A DNA stretch of 64,000 nt, taken from the human T2T-CHM13v2.0 reference genome, Homo sapiens. Positions 53,389 to 64,000 of the stretch are shown here, in pieces. Position 1 is the stretch's first letter, and each line of letters begins with the position of its first letter. The translations under genes and the position numbers were made by a program. The stretch is from assembly GCF_009914755.1 (NCBI RefSeq), contig NC_060930.1. One strand, 5' to 3'. A model generated the notes under the pieces. The model was not told the origin of the DNA, did not search any database, and saw only the letters and a list, made by a program, of their open reading frames with translations.

Positions 53389-54203
53389 AGACCCGGGAAG
53401 TAAGCAGGCAGTACTGCCATGTAAAGCTTTATATCCAGCTTAGCAACTCAGGACTCTGTTTTCAAAAACAAATGCAAAAAAAGAATGAGTTAGAATTACT
53501 CATTACTGGAGGTGCAAGGCTGACTAGGGAGGGGAAGGAAGAGGTACAGGGCATTAGCATTCTTTGTTGGCAGACTGGGAAAATGAGTTAAGGAACAGAG
53601 AAGGAAAGCTACCTGATAGATGTCAGCAAGCTACCAACAGCTTTCTACTGACATCAATTCTGACAAGGATTGGTGAGAGATGAGGCTAGAAAGGAAGACA
53701 AGTATCACATCAGGAAGGATTTGGACCCATGAAAAATGTTATACTTTTGTAGGGGGTGCTCCTTCAGCTCATTGTGTAGAAAAATGGCATAGTTCCATTG
53801 GCAATTTGACACACTGGAGGCCCACTGATTATGGCCCTAATCTGGTCTTCACAGCTTTGCTTCCATTATTCTAGTATGAAGTCCCCAAACTCTTATCAGA
53901 TGTGACTACTGGCTCTTACCTAAACACAACCCCTATCTTTCCTGCTTGATAATCTCACTCTGGAAAAGCAAATTCCATTTTGCCTGTCATCAGCAAAAAT
54001 ACATATAATGCTCTTCCAAGGGTGTTTGAGAGGATTAATGGGCTAACACATGAAAGTGTCCAATCTACTGTTTGTTGTCACTTATTAGGAGTACAGTTTT
54101 CTTCCTTCTTTCTGAAGATTTACCTAAATCGACTTCAAATTACAGTTATATGTATACCTGCTACAAAATTGCAAACTCCTTAAAGCTAGGACTATATTTC
54201 AAA

Positions 54204-54391
54204 CAATGGCTCTAACCAGGGGAAATTTTGCCTTTTAGAGGGCATGTGACAATGTCTAGAGATATTTTTATTGCCTCAATTGTTGACAGTCTTGATTGTA
54301 GGATGTTATTGTTTAAACATTGACAACACATAACAGCCTCAATAAAAAAGTGCTTCCCAACCCAAAATGTCAGTGGTGACTAGAAATCTGC
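54204..54391 (+). mobile_element. MER20-like hAT MITE
   Basis: caatggctctaaccaggggaaattttgcc...gacaatgtctagagatattttta...cccaaaatgtcagtggtg..agaaatctg. Confidence 0.75.
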
Positions 54392-54448
54392 TTTAGTTCA
54401 TCATTGTAGCCCAGGTAGCAATTAGAAGAGTTGCATGTTATAGGAGAT

Positions 54449-54823
54449 TGGATTCGTCTCTTCTCACACTGCTAATAAAGACATACCCGAGACTGGGTAA
54501 TTTAAAAAGGAAAGAAGTTAAATTGACTCACACTTCAGCATGGCTGGGGAGGCCTCAGGAAATTTACAATCAAGACAGAAGGGGAAGCAAAGACCTTCTT
54601 CAGATGGTGGCAGCAAGGAGAAGAATGAGAACAAAGGAGGAGAAAAGTCCAGTATAAAACCATCAGATCTTTTGAGAACTCACACACTATCATGAGAACA
54701 GCATGAAGGTAACTGCTCCCATGATTCGATTACCTCCCACCGGGTCCCTCCCACAACACATGGGGGTTATGGGAACTACAGTTCAAGATGAGATTTGAGT
54801 GAGGACACAGCCAAACCATATCA
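54449..54823 (-). mobile_element. THE1C-like solo LTR with TSD gaga[t/c]
   Basis: ctgctaataaagacatacccgagactgggtaattt...gacacagccaaaccatatca; flanks gagat (54444-48) and gagac (54824-28). Confidence 0.93.
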
Positions 54824-57359
54824 GAGACATTCAGAATTGTGGGAAATAATCTGAAACCCCTTTCTATAGGTAAATTTTATAAATTGCCACTGGGGAGGTA
54901 AAATTAAATTAGAAATTTATATTGTGTAGGATAATTGGAAGATAGCAGAGTTTATGAATCTTGGTTAATTTGGGGGACACAAATTTCCATTTGTAGTTAG
55001 AAGTGACCAATTTAAAAGCTAAAGTTCTCTTAATCAGCAAGCTTTTGTAACAAAATGCAGCAGGATTTACTTTTATATCAAAGGAGCTCCCCAGATAGTT
55101 AAAGAATGAAAATGAATATAATTAAAAGATAACTGGTAAGCAGAATGCAGTGCAGTGCATTGCCTTAGCTGCATTCTGGGAGAGTACACTTAATAATCAA
55201 GACTCTAGTGACACTTTAATGAGAAGTTTAAACTTATTGGCCATGAATCTCAGAATGTATCGATGCTTGTTACCTAGATTTTCATTTCAAAGAAATGAAT
55301 TGATGAGTAAGAATTTTTTTAAAACAGTTTGTAATTAGGACAAATTGCTTTACAAATAATTTAATAAGCATTTAACACTGAAAAGAAGAGGAAAACTATT
55401 GATAAACCTGTAACATTTAGCCACATATAGTAAGAACTCAATGTGGAGGAAGAGGTGAAGCTATAAGCAATACCAAGGGGATTTAACCAAACCCATAGGC
55501 CGTTTACCTAGACACAGCCAGATCCAAGTACCAATGACAAGCACCCATGGCACTGGCTCACTCCATAAAAAGAGCATTTTCATGGGTCCTGGTGGATAAA
55601 AGATCATGATGTGTTAGTATAATCTCTATTTTTCCAGTACCCATGAAAATGCTCAAATCACTATGTGATTTGAGTTTGGACAAATCAAAATCTTTGCTAA
55701 AGCCAAACAGGAAAATAGGAGACATTGGTTTTTAATTAGTACTCGGAACTCTAAAAATAAGTCCCAAAAAAACAAAGACCTTGATGACTCTATTATATAA
55801 AGAAGTGGTTCTTACTATCACTATCTTATTGCCAATAGTTACATATAATTCAGAGAGAAACATGCTGATTTGATGAGTTTTCTAAAATATTTTTTAAAAA
55901 GAAAACTCATTCTTCTGATATAGCATCAGTGGTATTTATTTTTGACTCTCTAAGATGTGTACTGGTACAGATACTACAGTTGGGGGTAGAGAGGGCAGGG
56001 GGTACGCCTTCCCTCTCCTCCAGGATCTAAAAACAAAAGCGTTTGAAGACTGTGTTGCGTAAGTCTTCTTCCTTCAACTCTGCCTCCCCAGTGTGGGCAC
56101 TGCTGCTTCCTGTATTGTCCAGGAATGACCACTGTTTTATCCTATGCCAGTTCTTTTTGGAAGATAGCTAGAATCTGCCAGAACGTGCTTTCTCTCTCAA
56201 ATCCAAATTAGGGACTTAAAAGTTTCTTTTCACCAGAGGCCACTTTGTCTCCTAACAGTTCTGTGCTCATTAAATACCTATTAGTGTACCCTTTGACTTA
56301 AAATGTTCCACTCACATCCTCCAGAAGATCACTATCTGTCATCTAATGAAAAACAACTTCATTAGGCTTGTCGTGGCGGTTCCTTTTTTTCCCGTGCTTT
56401 TGCTTCCTGATTGAAGACTGCAGCTTTTCCTAATGTTTTCTTCCCCACACTGAATATTATTGTGTGGGGTCGGTCCTCAGCCAGATCAATGCCTGTCTGA
56501 AATGTCATTGTGAATAATCTTCATCACTATTTTGAGGACATACCTTTAAGGATTCCTCCAAACTAGATCAATTTGCAAAAAAAGAAAACAAATAGTTTTC
56601 CATTATCCAGATATTATATTTGTTTCTTTTGACTAGCGCTCATAAGTTGACTAAGTAAATATTGTACTAATAGGAAGGAATACAAAAACACCCAATCTGA
56701 GAAAATAGAGAGATCAAGTGACTTTGCTGTGCTCCTTTACAAGCACACAGACCTTTTTGTAGTGTTTCAGAAAAGACGATGCGACGTGTGTAATGCCATA
56801 TTCAATGCATTTTGATGATACTCCCTACTTATAGGTGTCCATCTCGTCACTTCTCTGTAACATATTGTCTTAATTATACTCAGTATGCCCTGGCTCCTGT
56901 TACAGATCTGCATTTTCCTTACAAAGAACCCATGCAACAAACCACAGAATCACCTTAATGTCTTCCCTCAAAGCGTTTTTCTGACGGTCTGTGGGTGTCC
57001 AAGTTTTAGAATCGTAGGCTCTGAGCTAATGAAAAGTAAACTAGAAGTTGATGGGCACAAATGCAAATGTTAATCCACTAGTGAATGGTTATAAGTCTTT
57101 TTCTGTATTGAAAATAATTTGTTTTAGATTGCCTGGCAATTATCAAATCTTACACATAAATGCAGGTCAGAGAAAAACAGAGTAATATATGTATTTACAA
57201 CACAGATGAGCATCATTTGAATGAGGAATCCACACTGAAGTCAAGGTCCAGTCCGATGAGCCATGTTGGTTGGAGCCCTAAGTCTGGTTGTAAACTGCCT
57301 GACTTTGAAAAGCCACTCTCCAGTGAGGTCTGGTGTTGGTGCCTTTTTCTGATGTCTAA

Positions 57360-57449
<90 letters not shown>

Positions 57450-58499
57450 TAAAGCTCTATTCTGTTTCTTTCAAGTTCAAAGCATCTCCTTTACTGCCTC
57501 CTACTTAGCCTTCCTATTCCTCAGACAAGATCCTACAACACAGCATTAGAATGGAAAATAAGCCTTTTGTGCCCATCAGACTAAAGTGTTTCTCATAACA
57601 GTATCCAGCAAACTGAAGAATGGAGAAGCACCCATTTTGAAAACATAACTTCTTTCTTTTCATTGAAAACCTTTTAAAAATCATTTCCTCTTATAAACAA
57701 TTCTAGTAGGGAACAGAGATGGGAGATTGGAGATGGAAATGATTTTAAAATGTGGCTAACTTGACCATTCTCTTTTTTATGATCCCTTTATTAGGTATTG
57801 ATAACTAACCAGTTTTACCCAAGACTACAAATCCCCAAAATCAACAATTTGTAATAGTTGCTAAGATTCTTATAAAAACTGACTTCAGATTAATTCAGAG
57901 AATTTGTCTTTGGGAAATCAAATGTCCATCTGTCCTTTTTGTTCCTACTATTTGACACAAATGGCTAGAACTCTAACTATGTCAAAGTCTCAACATTGAG
58001 ACATATTGCTTGATCCAGAGTTTAGATCACAGTACCCTCTTACAATCCTCCCAGTGGCTCTGTTGTTCTCTGCTCTCCGAAACATGGAGGGTAGAAGGTT
58101 TCATTCCATCCCTGCCCCTAAGGATCTAAAACAGGAGAACTGGGGAAAGTACTTCTATTCTCTGAGGGTACTATCATGAATAATTGCCTATATAGTTACA
58201 TTTACTCTGAGGAAAAATCAGAATTGGGAATCATCTTTCTTGGTTTCAAAAAATATTTATAATGTTGGGTTTTTGAAACAGTAAGGAAAGAGGAAGGTGA
58301 GAATATGGTGATTTGAGGGAAACATCCAAAGATAAATATCTGTTTCTTCTTCCCTTTCCAATTATACTGGAAAGGAAGAGGCAATATCAAGTGATTAATG
58401 TAGAAGAGGCACTTTTCAATCGTACTCATACATGATCTAAAATCAGAAGTATACAGTATATAATTTATTTCATATATAAAAGGAAATAATGGTCCTTTC

Positions 58500-59460
58500 A
58501 CTAAATAAGCATTTGTAAAATATTCCTCAGTATTTCAAGTGCTGTGTCAGCCTTTGGAGATTTTAGGATGAGTCATACATAATATTTTACCTGTAGGAAC
58601 TTGCCAACTAGGAGGTTAAAACAAACATATGAGCAAATAAGTATGAAACTGTGTAGTGCACGCTGTGGGTAAAGAGAAGAAAGAGATCAGGAGAAGGTTT
58701 ATAGAGAACAGTTTTGAGCTTGATCTAGAAAGATGAATAGATCTTTATTGTGTAGCTGATATGGAAGTGAGGGGTGGTCCCAGGCAAAAGGTGAAAAAGC
58801 ATATCACGGCCAGATTAATGTGACTGAATTTGTTTCCTGTGCTACAGGTAGACAGCTGGAGAAAATTGGAAAAACAAGTATGGGTGAGATAGTAGAAAAA
58901 TGGGTATGAAGATTAAGGAGTTTGGGCTTTATATAATAAAATCACAGATGAAAGAGCAGGTAGCTTATAAAAAGAGATTAACATAATCAAAAATGTACTT
59001 TAGAAAAAATACATTAGCATCATTATAAAGAAGAGACTCAAGAGGGGGAAAGATTAGGGAAAAGAGAACTAGTTAAGACACCATGAAAGTGAGACATGAG
59101 ATAATGTGAATCTGGACAAGGATCAGTATTGGAGATAGAGAGGATAGATGTGCCATGAGACATGCCGAAATGACATGATTAGTGGGCAATGGTGGGTACT
59201 GTGATAAGGGAAAAAGAGGAGACTGTTAGATTACTGGGTATCTGATGCAAGTGAATGGGTAGATGGAATTGCCACTTGCGAAGAAAAATGGGAATAAGAT
59301 CACTAGTTCAGTTTGCACAGGTTGAGTTTGAGGTACCTAGCGCCTATACAAGAGAAGACATCCAGTAAGCACTTGTCTTATACAGAAAAGATTTATTCAA
59401 AGATTAGGAAAGGCAAAATATATACGGATTTTAAAATGTGTGGACCAAACAAACTATGTA
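58500..59460 (-). mobile_element. Old L2 (L2b/c) fragment
   Basis: aaatattcctcagtatttcaagtgctgtgtcag...ttttgagcttgatctagaaagatgaatag...agttcagtttgcacaggttgagtttgaggtacct. Confidence 0.75.
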
Positions 59461-59858
59461 AGTTCATTGAGATATTACCATTCAGTGTCTGTGTGCCAAA
59501 TCCCTGATGAAGGGGAAGTCCCCAGTTGATTTTCATATGGAAGTTGGGCTTTCTCTGGGCTATGTTGTTTGATTTCATTTCACAATGATACCAGTGCATT
59601 TTTATCTTCAGACAATACTTACTGACATACCATGTCTCCTACATGCATAATCAGTATTTTAGCAGAATAGCACCTCTCAAAGGAAATCTCAGAAATGCTA
59701 GTTCCACAAGACATACTGCTCAAAAAAAAAAAAAAAAAGATTCCAAAGCCAAGTAAGTTTGACACTGAAAATTTAGAATGCACATTTATATATTAACATT
59801 TCTGAGAGTACTGCCAGAAAAAAGTATGTCCTTTTTTTTGTTTTCTAACCCACAGTTT

Positions 59859-60267
59859 TGTTTTAATCACATTACCTTGAGGCCAGATACAGATCAAAGA
59901 GAAAAACCAGAAAGAGTTCTAAGGCTTGATTATATCCACAGTTCCCCGGGGAGAATACCACATGCCCCACATGGGAAGGAGTGGGGTCAGCCATGAGGCA
60001 GAGAGAGAGTGGAACCTTTAGTTCAAATCCTACAAGAAGAAATGGATGAGGCAGGGTAGGAAGGCTTATTAGGATAGGTTAGCTATGTTGCAAAGTTGCG
60101 CCCCATGAAATTCATGTTCACTGTGACTATTAATGCATAGGTTTAGAGCTATCTAAAATCTCCACATGCTTTTTGGGGATGAGCCAGGGCTTACTTGGAA
60201 ACAGCTAGTGGTCATTTTGTAGATGTTAAAGCATCAATTTATAGAAATTAAAAGTATGGTTAATGCA
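59859..60267 (-). mobile_element. ERVL LTR of the MER54/MER74/MER76 group
   Basis: Reverse complement begins tgcattaaccatacttttaatttctataaattgatgctttaacatc, like this group's 5' end. Confidence 0.6.
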
Positions 60268-60885
60268 AGTCTCCCAAAATATTTGAACACAAGACTCCTG
60301 TTTTCCATCAACCCCTGCCCCTCTCCGACCTGGACACCTCCAGAAAAAAGCACTTGATATTCTGGAGAATTCTTCTAAGGGAATTCTGCCCTAAATCAAG
60401 TTTTGGCCAAAGCAATGTAAATTCAAGGCGATTCAAAGTCACCAATATCTGTTGAAAGATCAAGTTATCTCTCAATCATCTAATAAGCCTTTTTCCCCTG
60501 AAAGACTCCAAAAAATAACATATATGTTTTTATGTGTATCTTGACCACACACCACATCTGCCTTTATTAATCCAAAACACAAGCAGACTTCTCAAAGACA
60601 CGTTTTATCATGTTAGTCTTATTGCTCAGTGCGCAAAATATGAACCCTTCTAAATTTTTATACACAAGTAGACTGACGCTTGCCTCAGATGTTCATGGGA
60701 CTAGTAAACAGGTGGGAGGAGATGTTCATTTGGGCTCGCTGTCTGTCCAGTTGTCTTTGGTGACTTTCAGTTAGGTTCATTTACTTGTAGTCATTCACAC
60801 CTAGACAGTTATGAGTATCTTTTGGTTACAATGCTTTGGGTTGATATTCTCTGTATGTAATCACTTTCCTGATGTTTATCCTCAG

Positions 60886-60928
60886 ACGATGCCTGGACAT
60901 ATGACTTCCGATCCATAGAGTAAAAAAG
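60886..60928 (+). CDS. Candidate alternative 43-nt exon with an in-frame stop (adds YDAWTYDFRSIE* after exon 5)
   Basis: Acceptor tttcctgatgtttatcctcag, donor AAG|gtttga, open in exon-5 phase up to TAA 60921-60923, CpG-retaining non-repeat context. Prediction only. Confidence 0.45.
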
Positions 60929-61606
60929 GTTTGACATTTCTGTATCATTTTGGTAATTATATTACAAAAAATTATCCTGATCCTTAAAAAGTTGGGTGAA
61001 AGGTTAAAATAAAACCACTCTCAAGCAAACCCTGAAACATGGGAGGGATTTAATGTACATGTAAACACTGAGAGGGTCTCTATGTGCCTATTTTTGCCCA
61101 CTGTGGATTTGCAATAATGCATCATTATTTGCAGTGAAACATAGTGGCAGGAGTAGGTGCTAGCTACCTGCTTGCCAAATTGGTTAAGTTTCCATTACTA
61201 AGAGCCTTATGAGGAACAGCGGACAGTTTTGGCTCTGTAGCTTGTGCTTAGAATGGCTGTGGAGATAAGGGCCCAATGATGGCAACTGGACAAAATGTTC
61301 TTTAAGTCAACATGAAGCTGATCAGTTATGTGCTCAGTTCTGATACCTCAGCTTCACAGCAACAGGTGTATCCAGGAAACTTCAGAGGAAAGAGGCAGAA
61401 ACCTCCAGGAAGCAATGGAGAGGGTTTGAGCTCAATGAGCAAAGACTCAAGCCTAGACCCAATGAAATACCAATAAATCATCATTGAAACAGAGAGTTAG
61501 GCTCATGAACATCAAATGCCTGAGAACTTTTTTCCCTTATGTATCCTTTTAAGCAGTATCTCATTACTCTTCTAGGGCCCAGTTTGATTGATATTTATAG
61601 AGATAC

Positions 61607-61969
61607 TGTTTTAGTTCCTTTGGGGTACTATAGCAACATATTATAAGTAAGGTGGCTTATAAATGACAGAAATTTATTTCTCACAGTTTTGGGGGCTGGA
61701 AAGTCCATCAAGGTACCGGCAGATATGGCTTCTAGTGAGGGCTGGTTTCCTTGCTCATAGGTGATACCTTCTTGCTGTAGCCTCACATGTGGAAAAGAGG
61801 CAAGGCAGCCTTCCGGGGCCTCTTTTAGAAGGTCACTAATCCCATTTCTGAGGGCTCCACTGTCATGACATAACCACCTCCTACAGGCCCTACCTCCTTA
61901 CACCATTACATTGGTGATTATGTTTCAAAATATGAATTGGGGAGGGACACTAACATTTACATCATAGCA
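61607..61969 (-). mobile_element. MLT1A0-type solo LTR with TSD ga[t/c]ac
   Basis: ggtggcttataaatgacagaaatttatttctcacagttttgggggctgg...cactaatcccatt..tgagggctccac...catagca; flanks gatac/gacac. Confidence 0.9.
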
Positions 61970-62191
61970 GACACTATATTGCAAGGGTTTCTGTTTTTTT
62001 CCATTGAAAAAAATCTGGACCTTGAAGTTTACATCTCTGACCCTTTAGTTATCTAAGCCAGAGCCACAGTTTGGCAGGCCAGCTGGTTGTGCAGACTCAC
62101 AGGGTGCCACTGCCATCTGCTGTACCTACCAGGGGATGACAGCAACCCTCAGAGCAGAGATCCCAAATTAGATGTGACACTCCTTCCCCCA

Positions 62192-62481
62192 TGAATTAGT
62201 TAGCTAGGGATGCCATAAAAACATACCACAGACATAGTGGCTTAAACAACAGAAATTTGCTCTCCAAAATCTAGGTGTTAGAAACCTCAGGTTTGGTTTA
62301 TCCTGAGGCCTCTGTCTTTGCCTTGTAGACGGCACTTTCTGTTGGATTAGGGCCCTATCCTTATGACCCCATTTAACCTTCATTACCTCTTCAAAGGGCC
62401 AATTTCCAAATATAGTCAGGCATATTAGGAGTTAGGCCTTCAACATATGAATTTGAGGGGGATCACAATTCAGTCCACATC
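62192..62481 (-). mobile_element. MLT1B-type LTR, internally deleted
   Basis: ataccacagacatagtggcttaaacaacagaaattt...ggattagggccc...ttcaacatatgaatttgaggggg. Confidence 0.8.
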
Positions 62482-64000
62482 CAAATACACACACACGCAC
62501 ACACACTCCACGTGTGTCCTGGACACTTGAAAATATCTGTGGGGCACAGATTGAGGATAGATGCAGCTCACTGGCCCATCAGATGCCTGTGGGTAAGAGG
62601 CTTCAGGGCTGTATTGCTGCCAGGCCAGCTCCATACTCACTGCCACCAGGCAGGAATTCCCGCTCAAGATCTCCTGCTGTGGTGTGATCTGCCTCTAGAT
62701 GAGTAGCTTCTCACCAGGATAAAAGCTGAGGTCCCTGCTCTAGAGGATGTGGCTTGACCTTAGAACCCTATTTGAGTGGGCCACCTTAACAACATACTTT
62801 CATATATTTGTTCATGAAAAGGCAGTGATACATCTTGGGAGAAAAGGCTTTCTCCAGGAAAGCAGGCATCTCGCTGTGCTGTCTTTGTGGCAGGGCTCTC
62901 TGCTGTCTCATCTGTCACCAGCCATGCAGAGCTTTCCTTATGGCCTCCCGTCTTCTATTCCCCTCTACTTGTTCTCTTTTACACTATTCTGTAAAGAAAG
63001 AAAATGTTTGGAGATTCCTGGTCGGGTGTGCCTTTTATTATAAATGTGGCTCTTCTGTCTCACTTCATCCTCGGTTTTTCCCCACTGCAGTTGGATGTCC
63101 ACTCACAGTGATAGAATCAGGAACTGTCCTCAGTGCTTTATTAGCACTGTTCGATGTGGCAATTAAAAGGAAGCCATGCAGCCACAGAAAATATTGCTAA
63201 TCCATGTTAGCAAAAAAAAAAAAAAAAAAAAAAATCATCATGACTTCTCAATTTTTATTACTTCTCAATTTTTATTATGTATTCTTGTAAATCACTGGCT
63301 TAATAGTTAAACTAAAACTAAATGTTGGTCCTCTAGCAAATGGGTTCATTTTACTAAGTAGTCATTTTCTTTGCTAAAAGAGATTCAATGTATTTGCAAA
63401 TGTTGTTTAATGATGAAATCATCTGGAGAGAGACATGGAATATCATTTAAAAAATAATATCCTAAGGGACTTATTTTGAAATCAATGCAGAAAAATGAAT
63501 TCAAGATGCTTAAACTTGGAGTTAGACACATGCACATTTACACCAACCAAGCACAAATGCATCAAAACCTGTCCTGAATTCCTCAAAATCAACTGGCCTT
63601 GGGATAAAAGTCACAATCAATTTATTGAATCTTTCATTTGAAAAGAAAACCACAGGAAATTATTCACTTCTCTGGGGCTAATAATTTTCTGTTATTTTTG
63701 TTTGATTTTTCTTCTAAAGCCTGCTGGCCTACACTTCTGTGTATTGAATTCCATTCTGTATGTTTTTATCATTTCTCCAGTTTGTCAGGATCATTGGATT
63801 TGAATGCAGTTCTTTGAGCACAATCGCGTACTCTCAACCATGGGGGAGGGTAGACATGGGAGCAGGGAAAACTATTTCCCCTTGAAAAAAATATTTGTTT
63901 CTTCCTGTCTATAAAGGAATGCAGAAAGCATAGACAATACAGATAAATAAAAAAAGGAAAATTAAAATAACCCCATAATTCTGAGTTCTGATACTCAGTT

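Overview
Primate, most likely human, AT-rich genomic DNA from inside the large neuronal gene NKAIN2 (TCBA1; + strand; 6q22 in human, from recall). The only supportable coding sequence is one 61-nt internal exon at 57381-57441 ([20 protein letters not shown], canonical exon 5), which is too short to appear in the ORF track. The ORFs in the track appear to be noise or transposon decay. The rest is intron filled with fossil repeats: Tigger1, THE1C LTR plus internal sequence, MaLR/MLT2/MER67/MER54-type LTRs, L1 fragments, L2, MIR, CR1, Alus, hAT MITEs and microsatellites. I found no novel multi-gene system. Best leads: (1) a candidate unannotated or alternative stop-carrying exon 3.4 kb after exon 5; (2) a ~540-bp palindrome with ~205-bp arms; (3) a pre-miRNA-sized hairpin 1.7 kb before exon 5; (4) several fold-back or template-switch scars at transposon junctions. 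Repeat subfamilies were assigned by eye from remembered consensus sequences, and most repeat boundaries are approximate.
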